Positions 24,188 through 36,216 of a stretch of 64,000 nt of DNA are shown here, in pieces. The notes beneath the pieces were generated by a model. The model saw only the letters and a program-made list of their open reading frames with translations. It was not told where the DNA came from and did not search any database. The stretch comes from Squalus acanthias (lineage: Eukaryota). Both the position numbers and the translations under genes were made by a program. The DNA lies in contig CM059438.1 of the NCBI GenBank assembly GCA_030390025.1, forward strand, positions 69,318,001-69,382,000, read 5' to 3'. The first letter of the stretch is position 1. Each line of letters opens with the position of its first letter.

Positions 24188-27100
24188 GGGCTGGATTTTG
24201 CCATTGGGGCAGGCTGGGGGCGTGTCAGGTGGTTTTCGTGTCAGAACCCTGACTCCGATGTGAAGTGGGAAAAAAGTGTGATTTTCCCCTAATTGGGCAC
24301 TTGATTTCCAGCGTGTGGGAACCCCTGGCCCAATTAGTCTTTCCATCCTGAAAGTCGCCTCCGATGACGTCATCAGTGCTGCTGGATTTAAGGCCTGCAA
24401 GCAGCCTTGCTTCTTCTGGAGACTGGAAACGCTTTGGACATTGTATGAAGGACTTCATTTCCCGACCATGTCCACCAGCAGGCAAAAGTGTGCACCTCGC
24501 TTTGATGAGCCCTCCCTCCAAGCTCTGTTGCAGGGAGCAAGATCTAATAAGGAGGTGCTCTTCCCTTCCTCAGGGAGAAAAAAGCCACCACAACAGACTA
24601 AAGCTGTGTGGCTGCAAGTGGCCCGGGAGGTCAATGCCATCTCTATGTGCCACAGAACCTGGCTGCAGTGCAGGAAGCGGTTTCATGACCTTCTCGGCAC
24701 AGGAAATGTGAGTATGACTTTCTCATCACCCTCAATCTCATCCCCATCGCCTCTCCTCACCAGCACTCTGCTTTGCCAACCTCTTCCTCCACATCCCACT
24801 TGACACTGACATCCCTGCACCCTTACCCATTCCCTCTCTTTCTATGGTCACATTCACTTAACTATTCGACCATGTAGCCCTCACACTCCCTATCACTGTG
24901 ACGCAATGACAACAACTTATAACACACAGGGAGGGCCCTTTGTCTCCTTCTAAGCATCTATGCTATGGATTCTCTACACTCACTCCTTCATTCTCACTCA
25001 AACTCCACTTGTGTCCCTCATTGCAGGAAAAGAGAGCCCACAATAAGAGGGAAAAAGCAAGGACCCTCAGTAGCCCAGCTCACCACCTCGGAGGAGACGG
25101 CCCTGGAAATTGCCGGGATCAAGGAGGATTCCCAAGTGGGGGACGGACAGGCGGACGCATCACAGCAAGCTGGTGACAGAATAGTTTGGCATCTCTCTCA
25201 TTGACATTGCATGAGTGACTGATAATGATTCTGATGCTCTAACAGATTGACTTATGATCATCTGCACAATTCAATGTGCATGCAACCTTTACCTCACATC
25301 TCTAACTCTTTCCTTTACTCCCCCACAGGACCATCGAGAGCCCAACCAAAAGCTGCAACCTCTGAGGGCGCTCCGTCAGCAGAATTAAGCGCACCCTGCA
25401 CCAGCGCAGACACTCACACCTCAGTGGGACCTTCGGGACATAGAGTAGAGTTGTCACCTGGTGTATCACAGCTCACAAGTGAGCATCAGCAGATGATGGA
25501 GACAGGGACAGCAGTGGAGTGTCCCCGTCGGAGGCTGCAGGACTCTCCCAGCTCGGCTCCGCTGCATGTCGACCCTGTGCCTCCGGGTTCATCCAGAAGG
25601 AGAGCGGTGCTCGAACTCCAGGAACAGGTGCAGGAGTCTCTGGCAGGTTTTGTCTCCAGGGTCGCTGCGAGTGTGGAGCGAATGGAGGAGTCCATCGCTA
25701 ACATGAGCAGAGACTTTGTGGAGTCATTGGCGCATAACTGCATCACCATGGAAAGGATGGCAACCTCCTTGGAATGGATGGCTACCTCCATGGTAAGGCT
25801 GGCTACCGTAGAGGAGAGGATGGCTACGGCAGAGGAGAGGATGTCTACGTCCATGGAGGAGCTTAGTCGCCAGGGTATGGAAAACATGGTAATTGTTCAG
25901 AATAGACTGACATCTCTTGAGGAGCGATGGTCAGCTATTGAGCAAACAAACCAGACCTTCATGCAAGTCCTCTGGAGTAGGACTTCCAGTGCAGAAACGG
26001 GTCCTCATGGCCCCCCTGCAGTTCAGCCACTTGCTAGCTCTGAAGTGGGGCGGACCCATGAGAGGGATGTTGGTGGCATATAACAAGGACGTGGGGGCTC
26101 CTCTCCAAGCGCTCACGTGACCATGCCACTGCAGAGCCCTCGGTCAGGGCCCCACCAGAGTCCCCACCCAACTGAGATGGGCATCTCAACCCCTGCACAG
26201 CCGCAGGAGCAGCAGACTGTTGCCGAGCCCTCACAGGTTTGCAACCCTAGAGGACGCCCGCCAAAGGTGTCGAGACAGGTGCAGCAAGAAAGTGAGCAAG
26301 GGGCCTTCACATCTGCTGAAGCCACAGGGGAAGCACCGCGTAGGAGCACGCGTAAGAGGAAGATAATGCACAAGTAGTCACAAGGGTAGTCACTTGGGTG
26401 TAATGTTGTGTTTAATTTTGAAAAGCCATCAGTTGCTTATTGTCATAAAAAATTCTGATGGCAAACTGTTGCAGTTGTGGCGTGTGTCATTTTGCTAATG
26501 GGACTTCCACATTGAGGGCTTAGGGCGACTTGCAATTGCCAGTATGGTGGTCAGAGTGATAGGAATCCGCAGGTTCTTGGCCATTGTCGATGGTCTGATA
26601 AGAAGGTGCGAGGCAAAAGTGTTTGATTGTGCAGGCTAAGCAAATCTGGCCAAGATGAGTGCGTCCCTTGCATCCCGGGCAACAATGTGGTCACGTGCTG
26701 GCGCCTTCTGGCCTGTGCAGCTTCAGGTGGGTGAGCAGCAGCTTGGTGCTCCTGTTGTTGCTGCTGCTGTTGGTGGTGCTGTTGTTCATGGTTCTGCTGC
26801 TGCCACGGCTGGTCTTCGTCCTAATCTGATGTCCAGGAGGAAAGGAAATAAATGGTTCCCATGCTTCTGGTATATGCCTCAGTTGAGGAAGCGCTCAGTC
26901 AAGGTGGGGAGAGGGGTTTCCCAGGAGGTTACACTGGAGATGAGTGTCAGGCTCCAAACTTCCACAACAATGGGTATGCCTGCTAAAAGTTCCCCCAGAC
27001 CTGAAACAACAAAATTCTGCCACCTGCAAATGGTGATTGTTGAAAACTCCTTTTTAATGGTGGAACTGCAGCTGTTAGTAAGCAGTCCACTTGTGAGGCC

Positions 27101-27392
27101 ACCAGGATTCACTGGCGTGTTCCAGAGGAGACGTGCAGGATGTGGGAAAAGTTGTAAAATCAGAAAGGCATCTCAAAATGGGATTATAGAGGCACTTAAC
27201 TGGTTGTTAAGGGCCTTAAGGACCTATCCCACCTGTTGGAGGCGGGATGGAAACGGGGTCAGAAAACACGCATTTGGGGAAATTGCTCGGAGGCAGGATG
27301 GAGGCGGGATCGGGCCTGCCCACCTTTTATTGCGGTTTTACCACATCACATGCCTCCAATCCCACCTCGTCGGGCCTGGCAAAATCGATCCC
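24188..27392. mobile_element. Non-autonomous Harbinger with Myb/SANT gene and internally deleted transposase
   Basis: 16-bp imperfect TIR gggctggattttgcca / tggcaaaatcgatccc; TSD ata. Confidence 0.92.
24468..26377 (+). pseudogene. Harbinger Myb/SANT gene, exons 24468-24707, 25027-25172, 25329-26377
   Basis: CAPRFDE..VW.QVAREV..RTWLQCRKRFHDL; canonical GT-AG; exon 2 is 14 nt shorter than in the 14874 copy; premature TAA ending at 26083. Confidence 0.88.
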
Positions 27393-27661
27393 ATAGAGTA
27401 CAAAAGCCAGGAAGTTATATAAACCTATATAAAACACTAGTTCGGGCCCCAGCTGGAGTATTGTGTTCAATTCTGGGCACCACACTTTGGAGTGGGTACA
27501 GAAGAGATTTACTACAATGGTTCCAGGGATGAGGGATTACAGTTACTGGGATAGACTGGAGAAACTGGGGTTGTTCTCCTTAAAGCAGAGAAGGCTAAGA
27601 GGAGATTTGATAGAGCTGTTTAAAATCATGAAGGATTTAGCTAGAGTAAATAAAGAGAAAC

Positions 27662-29645
27662 TGGAGATAAGTGGCACATCTGTGTCCCTCTCAATCGGAG
27701 ATGGAGAGACAGGAAACTTGCAGATAGCTGGTGACAGAATTACAAATATCTCTGACACCCACATGCTGGCTTTCTTTCATCAAAGACTGAACTATGAGAA
27801 GACTTAGTATTGTGATTGTTAAGATTGTGAATTTGCCACAACTAATTCATATCCCTTTCATTTGTCTTCTAGAGCCTTCACGCGTACAGCAAGTGTCACT
27901 GGACATACACAAGGACAATTCCTTAGAGGACCTCATTCCTTCTGACGGTGCACTGTCACGAGACCTACAACCACGCACCAGTACAAATACTCGCACTACA
28001 GTGGGTCCACTTAGAAGTTAGTTTGGGTGATGCACAACTTACAAGTGAGCACGAGCAGTCACTGGTGGCAGGGACAGCTGTGGAGCGACCCCATCGGGGG
28101 GTCCAATCCTCTCCAAGCTCTGCTCAGCTGGACACAAATGCTGAACGCCAGGGGCTATCTTTGAGAAGGAGAGTGCAAGAGGTGCATCAGCAACTTAGCC
28201 AGATACTGACAGACATGGCTCACATACGTGCTACAATAGCTTAGCAGATGGAGGAGTACAACTCGATTGGTGGACCAGTAATTGCAAAAATGTCTGCCAT
28301 GGAGACAGTTGCCGTCTCCATGGAGCTTCAAGAACAGCTCTCAAATGAGCCCATGCAGGGCATCAGCACAGCTGTGCAGACTTTGGATATCAACTTGTCT
28401 GCTGTCTTAAACAGGATGACAGATACCTTATCGTCGCCTTACAACGCGTCACTGAACTTCACCAAGCTGGTCTGCAGCGGAGTGATAGGACTGATTTGGC
28501 GCTGACCCAGGAGAGGGATGATGGTGAAAGGGGACATGGAAGTGGGAACTCCACTCAAAGTGCTCTCACTTCTCACCTGTTGCCCCACCCCCCTCAGCCA
28601 ATACCCGTCATGCTGCCTCGTCTCCCGATGGCCGAGTCTGCCCCTGCACAGGTGCAGGTGGAACAGTCTTTGGCGGGCCCTCAGGGGCTCCAAAACCAAA
28701 AGGGCGTAGGCCAAAAACACCACCGCAATCAGGCCAGGAATCTGAGCAGCCTGCCTCTACTTCTACACAGGATGCACAATGTAGGAAGTGCATTAGAAAG
28801 CTATTGTATTTCACCAAGAGTATGCAGACGCGGCTGGTCTGGCGATAGGTGCCCCATCTTCATATTCCACCTTCCCTCATCTTCAATCTTCTCCTCATCT
28901 GAAGATGGGTGATGAGCACCTTCATCCTCCTCCACCTGCAATCCTCTCTGCCGCACAATGCAGCACGCCAGTATTATTCTGAACACCCTCGCTGGCAAGT
29001 ACTGAAGGGCGCCTCCAGATCTGTCTACGCACCTGAAGCACATCTTCAACATTCTGATGGCTTGCTCTGTGAATCTCCTGGTGGTAATGTGCCTCTATTT
29101 GTAGCGCCCCTGTGCCTCATTGGTGGGGGTTCCTCACAGGTATCATGAGCCAAGTTTGAAGGGGGTTTCTCTTGTCTCCTACAAGCCATCGCTTAAGTCT
29201 GCCTCCCGGGATGTAAAGGTCTGAATGTTGGACTGCCGCAGCATGAATGCACCAGAGCAAAATCCAGACAATCTGGCGCACACCTGCATATACCTCTTCC
29301 TGTAGTTTCACACCAGCTGCACATTGATGGAAGAAAAACCCTTGTGGTTTATAAAAAAACTCCTGGTTGCTGTGGTGGTGCTCGGTTTGCCACACGTGTG
29401 CAATCGATGGCACCCTGTACCTGTGGGGATCCAGCCAGAGAGACAAATCTGAGTGTCCAAACATTCTGGCTATTTTCATCACAGGGGAAGTTTACACATC
29501 TCCCAGCCCTGGCAACAATCCATCGTGGTGACTTTCACAGCCACAGGCTATATGCATGGCCAACAGGTCCAGCAAGTCCAGAAAGTAGCAGGTCTTCTTC
29601 TCGGAGGCTTCTTCTCAGAGGCTGTAGACGTCTGCAACCACCTGA
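27662..29645. mobile_element. Degraded Harbinger interior: Myb gene 3' part (+) and transposase (-)
   Basis: MLKMCFRCVDRSGGALQYLPARV, WLVGDK; Myb exon 3-like SSAQLDT, APAQVQVEQSLAGP. Confidence 0.85.
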
Positions 29646-30871
29646 TATGACATGACAATGTTTGGAAAATTGTGCCAAGAGAGCACAGCTTGAAAATGAA
29701 TTGTTAAATTTAAGTGGTGTTGCATAAATTTCAGTCCTGATATCAATTATACCTGCGTTTACCTGCAACTGACTTTGTAAGTAAATGTGCTTCCCTGATT
29801 TAATGCAGAACTAAAGTGGGCCACATGCTATGGATCAGAAGCAGCTCTGTCTGAAATATTGAGACATCATATGTCACAAGGCATAATTAACATTCGCGAT
29901 ACCAGTAGGATTTGTATAAACAGGAATAGGGTCATTGTCAGAATGGAAAGAGAGATTGTTTTATTCAACATCTCTGAATGGTGAGCTGAAATGAGGCTGT
30001 TAGAGATGCCAGGATATATTTACATCTGCATCATATCATATTTTTGAAGACTTCTGGAGTTTTATAGACCCGGGTTGCATTAGAAAGCTTTTTTTTTAAT
30101 AGATCCTACCTTTTAGTACTGTATTGTGAATACCTAATAATGTGTTGGTTGTTGACTTCATTGTAATTGTCTTAATAATGATGTTTTGGTTTTATTGAAA
30201 CTATTCAATGTATTTGTGATAATTACAGTGGCTATGCTGAATTGTTGCAAGATGATATGTGTAATATTTGGGACTATCTATTTATCTTTAAAAGGATTTT
30301 ATTTTAATTGATATTATGACACTGCTGTAAAGATTAGATTCTGCTTACAAAGGTTTAACTCCAGCAATGTACAAGCCAGTTAGAATGCTGATTAAGGTGA
30401 CTCCCGGATGGAGACATCAGATTGTTGACTTTTTCATGTCACGTTTGAGGCAGTGCAATTTCAAATGCCATTCTGGGTTCTCATTCATTGTGCCTAGCAG
30501 GGGCTTGGCTGAACGTGACATGCAGGTGTCGCCAGCTCCCACATCAAGGGAACAGCATTTCGTTCAAGGAAAAGGAGCTCGGTGGGTCAATCCTCAACAC
30601 AAAGAGTTGAGGTAGTGGGCCAGAGGACTATCTTTGTTTTTCTCTTTCTCTCTGGAGAGTCAGGAAAAATAAATATATTTGATCATGGCTTGGGTATGAA
30701 CACGTACATCCTGTTGCAGGGAAAGTCAGACCTGTTACTTTATAAGTAGGTTCTGCTTCGGGCAATGGCAAAGTTATGTCCTTTCATTTTTTGTTGGCAT
30801 AAGAAGTAGTAGGAAATACATGTGTCTCACTGGAAAAGTGTATTCTGTTCATTCATAGATTTTATGTAAAA

Positions 30872-31230
30872 TCATAGAATATTACAGCACAGAAGGAGTC
30901 CATTCGGCCCATCGAGTCTGCGCTGGCTCTTTCAAAGAGCAATCCAGTTAGTCCCACTCCTCGCTCTTTCCCCATATCCCTGTAATTTTTTTCTCCTTCA
31001 AGTATTTATTCAATTCCCTTTTGAAGGCTACTATTAAATCTGTATCCACCACCCTATCAGGCAGTGCATTCCAAAGCCTAACCACTCATTGTGTAAAAAA
31101 GCTTTTCCTCATGTCTCCTCTGGTTCTTTTACCAATCACCTTAAATCTGTGTCCTCTCGTTATCGACCGTTCAACCTTTGGAAACAGTTTCTCTTTATTT
31201 ACTCTATCTAAGGCCTTCATGATTTTAAAC
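30872..31230 (-). mobile_element. CR1 3' fragment
   Basis: Same 3' end as 20830-21200. Confidence 0.85.
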
Positions 31231-31539
31231 ATTAAAAAATAAACCAGTTTTTTGGCTCATAGTCATGCTTCATCTCACTAACATGCTTTTCAGCCCACCT
31301 TCTGAAAAGACAGAGAATATATGTGGTGACATGTGTAATATTGTAGTATCCACTACACAGCAGTCTATGTTATGATCCCCAGGTCACTGGGTCAACATTT
31401 TACTAGGTGTTGCGCAATAAAGGCGCACTTCAGATCATAGGGCACATTAGGTCCTCTGAATCCAAGAGAGTTTATTGCAGACCTGTGAAATTTGAAAGGT
31501 CTCTTGTTAAAATAGCTGTGGATTTGCTTTTGTGCCATT

Positions 31540-32420
31540 GGGTTTGATTTTAACCCCCCACCCCAATGGGCAGGAGAGGGTCGGAGGGGGGTTAAAATAT
31601 CAGATGAAGCAACCCGACCCCATTCCTGGCCAGTTACATTTTTACTGCCCCAAATCAGGGCATCAACAGAGGCTCGCGCTGGAAGCAGGCGAGGGCCAAC
31701 TTAACATGCAAAAGTCACAGTCCAGGTGCCGCAACTTATTTTTAACCTCACCACAGCGGGGTGACCCACGCTGTCTGTTGCCCAGCAGCAGCAACAGAGC
31801 AGGAGGAGCCAACTGGCCAGAAGAGGCCCAGGTAAGTTTTAAAACTTTGCCTGTTTTTAAGCTCCTTGTGTGCTAGGAGAAGCAGGAGTGCTCAACCCAG
31901 GCTTCACAAGGAAGCTTTCAGCCTCCCCATCCCCGATTGCGGCCCCGAGCCTTTAACATTCCCCCTTCTCTCCCGATCGAGGCCCCATCCCAAGCCTTTA
32001 ACTCTCGCCCTCCTTCCCGATCGTGGTCCCGATATCTGAAATGTTCCCCCCACACCCCCCACTCCCGATTGTGGCCCCGAGCCATTTCCACATTCGGCCC
32101 ATCGAGTCTGCGCCGACTCTTTCAAAGAGCAATCCAGTTAGTCCCACTCCCCCTGGCTCTTTCCCCATATCCCTGCAATTTTTTCTCCTTCAAGTATTTA
32201 TCCAATTCCCTAGCTGTGGCCTCCTGCCACTAATTTCTGCTCTCGCCCAATGGCCAGGCAGTCAATCGGGCCAGCTGTCGGGCAGGAGTTTGCATTGATT
32301 TATTTAAATGAGGCCCTGCCGTTAAGGACAACAGGGCCCCCACATTCTCGGCCTTGCCGGGTTCTGTGCCCGCTACCGGATTCTCCCACACCTTTCCCGC
32401 CCTCCCGTTAATATTGGTGC
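31540..32420. mobile_element. Probable GC-rich Harbinger-type MITE containing a CR1 tail piece (32088-32210)
   Basis: gattttaacccc...gggggttaaaat terminal motif type shared with 37500 and 37655; boundaries uncertain. Confidence 0.4.
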
Positions 32421-33618
32421 TGTTATCTTTGACTCTCTCAACTGATACTTTGTATGGGTGAGCATCGACTGCTCTTAGCCTTAGGAGTCCAATACACTTG
32501 AGGTGCATTTGACAATTGTGCCTCACTTGTGCTGGGAATATGATTTCACACATAGACACCACAGCCAGTGATGCTCAGTCAGGAGGGTGGACTTGGGCCA
32601 TTTCAATGTGTGCTACAACATCATGATGTGATGGCACACTTTGGTTTCTGGGTGCCATGCTGGCTTCAACTGTTAATGGAACTGGCACCGTACTCCGACA
32701 GGATCGGAGTTGGTCCTGCTCCATGTGATTCAGTGGCTCTATTTTGACATCCAGTTTAAATCTGTAGACCAACTGGTCCATGCTGGTGTTTATGTTCCAC
32801 ATGAGCCTCCTCCTACCCCTCTTCATCTCATCCTATCAGCATAACCTTCTATTCCTTTCTTCCTCATGTGTTTATCTAGCTTAAATGCATCATATTTGGA
32901 CGTATTGACCCCCATAATATCGCAGATGCGGGATCTGAACGGGGCGATAGTGGGCTCAAAACACGGAAGATCGTGGGGAAGTCCGATTGGTAACACCAAT
33001 CAAAGCGTTTCCACGTCTCATCCGTTGCCTCTCCCCTCAATCAGAATCCGACATGCTGCCTCCTCTCCCGATGGCCAAGTCTGCCCCTGCACAGGTGCAG
33101 GTGGAGCAGTCTTTGGCGGGGCCCTCACGGACTCCCAACACCCAGAGGTCATCGGCTGCGAGCATCTCAGAAGTCAGAGCAGGGATCAGAGCAGCCGGCC
33201 TCTACCTCCGATGAAGCCACAGGGGTTGCACCACGTAGTAACGATAGGGAAAGGAAAAGAAAAGCTTTGTAATTCACCGAGGGTATGCACATACATGCAC
33301 ATGTTTATTAATTTATTCACATAAAATTTATTAACTTGCACCACTTTCCCGTGTTCACCATTCTTGCCTGCAGAGTGCAAACTCGGGTTTTCAGTTGCTT
33401 GGTGATGAATGTGAAGACATGAATTGACAGAGACCAATTGGTGCAAGTACAATGGGTGGATGTTTGGTTAAGGGACTTCTTTGTATCAGTGGGGAGAGAT
33501 GGGGTGGAGGTTGTGATAGTTACTTTGGTCCAGTGTGTGACTAACTGAACCTCCAAGCTATTTGGGCATCCCTGGCATCCCAAATGTGAGTGGCTGATCT
33601 GGCGTCGAGGTCCCATCT

Positions 33619-34779
33619 TCATCTTTCTCCTGTTTCTCCTCCTCCTCCTCCAGTGGAATCCTCATCAGATAAAGAGTGCTGAGCGGCTTGTTCCTCCTCC
33701 ACCTTTAGTCCTGTCTCTGTCTTTTTGGCTGGGGATGAAGAATTCTTACCCTTGTTATCTTTCCAAGGATTCTTACACTCCTTCCTCCAGTGTCCATCCT
33801 TCCCACACACGTAACAGTTAAGCCTTGTGCTGGAAGGGTTATTCCCTTCCTGATGCCACTCCTTCCTACTTTGGCCGGGTTTTATTTCATGCACTTTCCC
33901 TTTTGGTGGGGGCTCTTCAGCCCCTCTACCGTTCCGGTAGGCCAGGTTCAGCTGTCTGACCACTGCCTCCTCGGTGACCCGGGGGTCTTTCGGGTCAAAC
34001 CAAAGCTCAGCCTTGGTTTTGATCCGTGGCAAGCTGTTTGCCACTAGGCTTCGGAGCCAGTGGGCCAGCTCGTCCTGGTTTAGGTGAGCCCTGTCGAGAT
34101 CCCCATTACAAGCACCCCTGTACACGGGCCACAGCCTGTCTGCGAAAGCCTGTGGGGTCTCCCCTGTGAGCTGCACTGTTTTCTCCACCCGGGAGAAAGG
34201 ACTTCCCTCATTCATCCCCATGGCCTCTAAAACTTCCTCTCTGACGGCAGCATACCCATTCTGTCCTCTCTTGCTCTCAGCAGAGAGGGACTGGTATAGC
34301 CTGCTATCCAGTGAGAACAGGAGCATTTTTGCCATCTCGGCATCATCACAGTCATTGATGCCTGCTGCCTGTTCCACTTCCATGAAGTGGGTTGAGGGGT
34401 CCCCCTTTTGGGTGAGTTTACTCAGGTGGCTTACCATAGCCCTGAGCTGTTGGGTCCCGTGGGGAACTACGAACTGGTTTTGGAGGGGTCCCCCATCCCC
34501 GTTATCTGCGGGTGGGCCAAACCTTTGCTGCCGGGCCGGGCACATCGGCCCCGGTCCCAACCTCTCTTGCAGGGGTTTTTCCACCTCAGCTTCTGCCCCT
34601 AACTCCACCCCCCTTTCTTGCCAGACTTCGCTTAAGCTTGGCGCTATGGGTGGTGGTCGTGGGCCCTCCTGCTCCTCAACCGGGTCGTCCCTTGGCACTA
34701 TCTGTGGTGTCTGAACCGTTCTCCCCAGGTTCCCTGTAAAGTTGACCTGAGCTGCACTCGGGTTTATGAGGCACACCAC
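33619..34779 (-). CDS. Gag-like ORF fragment (capsid MHR-like motif plus CCHC zinc knuckle) fused to the Harbinger transposase tail
   Basis: QLTGETPQAFADRL; CYVCGKDGHWRKEC; 386 codons open; last ~25-30 aa (GLKVEEEQAAQH..SDE) are Harbinger-like. Confidence 0.85.
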   Translation of the reverse strand: MVCLINPSAAQVNFTGNLGRTVQTPQIVPRDDPVEEQEGPRPPPIAPSLSEVWQERGVELGAEAEVEKPLQERLGPGPMCPARQQRFGPPADNGDGGPLQNQFVVPHGTQQLRAMVSHLSKLTQKGDPSTHFMEVEQAAGINDCDDAEMAKMLLFSLDSRLYQSLSAESKRGQNGYAAVREEVLEAMGMNEGSPFSRVEKTVQLTGETPQAFADRLWPVYRGACNGDLDRAHLNQDELAHWLRSLVANSLPRIKTKAELWFDPKDPRVTEEAVVRQLNLAYRNGRGAEEPPPKGKVHEIKPGQSRKEWHQEGNNPSSTRLNCYVCGKDGHWRKECKNPWKDNKGKNSSSPAKKTETGLKVEEEQAAQHSLSDEDSTGGGGGETGER

Positions 34780-34849
34780 GCCTTTTGCCTTCCTTAGAGC
34801 AAGGTTGAGACGCTCTATCTGGTTCTAGACCTTGGACTTATTTAGGGGT

Positions 34850-36216
34850 TGTGAATAAAGATGCAGTAGACAACAGGTTCTGATGAAAGAATTTTGACTT
34901 TATTAAAAGAAAAAGGTAACAAACTTAAAACATACTTAATGCTTAAAACACAGGTTGGGGAACACATGGTACAGGCGAGGGAGAATGACAATATACAAAA
35001 ACCCTTATCCCTCCCAAAAATCCCACTATCTAGCTAGGTTTTGGTTTCAGGAGATCAGGGATAATGCTCACCAAACAGGGGTTTTGACAGTTCGAAATCC
35101 AGCCAGGTAAGTTGATTGCGATTTTGAGGTACTCTCTTTTTGTCCTTTGGGGCCTGCCGTCCCCACGTGGTACCGGTCTGTGAAATCTGCGATGGTGGTC
35201 TGGTCGTCGAGTTTTGTTGCGTTGGAGGCCTGTCGGGGCGGTACCTTCTGGGGCTGGACCGTCGGTTGAGCGATGCCGACTCGCTCCCAGCCTCCAGTGA
35301 ACTTGGCTAGTGGCTGCTAGTGCTAGACCGTGTGCTGAGCGATGCCGACTCACTCCCAGTGGCCTCAGCTCTAGCCCTTGCCTGGCCTAGTCTGTCCTTG
35401 CCTCCGATCTCGCCCCGGGTCTGCCTCGTGGCCTTGCTGCTTCTCTCCTCCTCCTGCTCGTGTCATGTGGCTTGTAGTGTCTTGCTGGAACTTGCTGCAA
35501 CTCACTTTCTTGGGGTAATAGGCCCTCAATTATACTGTTCAGGCCCTTTGTCTTTTTCGCGCCAAAACCCCTTTACTAAATCGGTTTCGTGTTGAAGTGA
35601 TTTAGGTTTCAGTTGAGGCCTGTTCATTCCATTGTCTTAGTTTTTGCGGGCTTGTTAAGTTTTGATGGTTTTAACTTGGTGTTAAATTGTCCTGATGGCT
35701 TCTGATGTCTCCCATTTAGGCAGAGCCTTTATCTACGCGCCAAATCTTGTCCCTATAGATACCTGGCTGATTGTTTTTTGATGAAGTAATGGCTGTACTA
35801 GATGTTTTATTGTTTACAGGCTTCTGGCATCCTGTTTGGGCCTGGGGATATTCAAAAGGTATCTTGAATTATTCAATTTTGGATGTGTTGTGAGGTTTTG
35901 GGTGAGGTTCTTCCTCCTGCCTGGATTGCAGTGCAAACAAATTCCAGACAGCTTGACTCCAAAAGCTGTCCACTGCCTCGCCACACCCCCTCGCAGCCTG
36001 TTTTGTGTCTGTGAAAGGTATTTTTCCCCATAGTCATTTTCAAAAATCATTTTTCCTCAGGGTATTTCTTCCCTGATCTTTAAAATGTCCAAAACTGAGG
36101 TTTTTACCTCAAATCACTTCACTTAGGTCCCATCATCCCAAATTCGTAGAAAAAATCCAAAAATCACCCCTTTTAGGGTTCTATACGAGTTTCTGGGGGA
36201 TTTTGCGAAGCTTACA
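34850..36216 (-). mobile_element. Long terminal repeat (~1.37 kb)
   Basis: TGT...ACA ends; minus-strand AATAAA at 34898-34903; internal direct repeat tgagcgatgccgactc; flanks gggt/ggct are a possible 4-bp TSD. Confidence 0.65.

Larger units (their letters stand above)
24040..27660 (+). mobile_element. CR1 fragment split by a Harbinger (CR1 parts 24040-24187 and 27393-27660)
   Basis: GILGFINRGI|EYKSQEV reading continues across the insertion. Confidence 0.85.

Noticed and set aside
26655..27422. 255-aa plus-strand ORF
   Set aside because: Antisense to the Harbinger transposase remnant and terminal region; no recognisable domain
33619..34779. Domesticated gag gene (Arc/PNMA-like)
   Set aside because: No clear ATG start, an upstream in-frame stop, and embedded in transposon debris; no evidence of domestication from sequence alone
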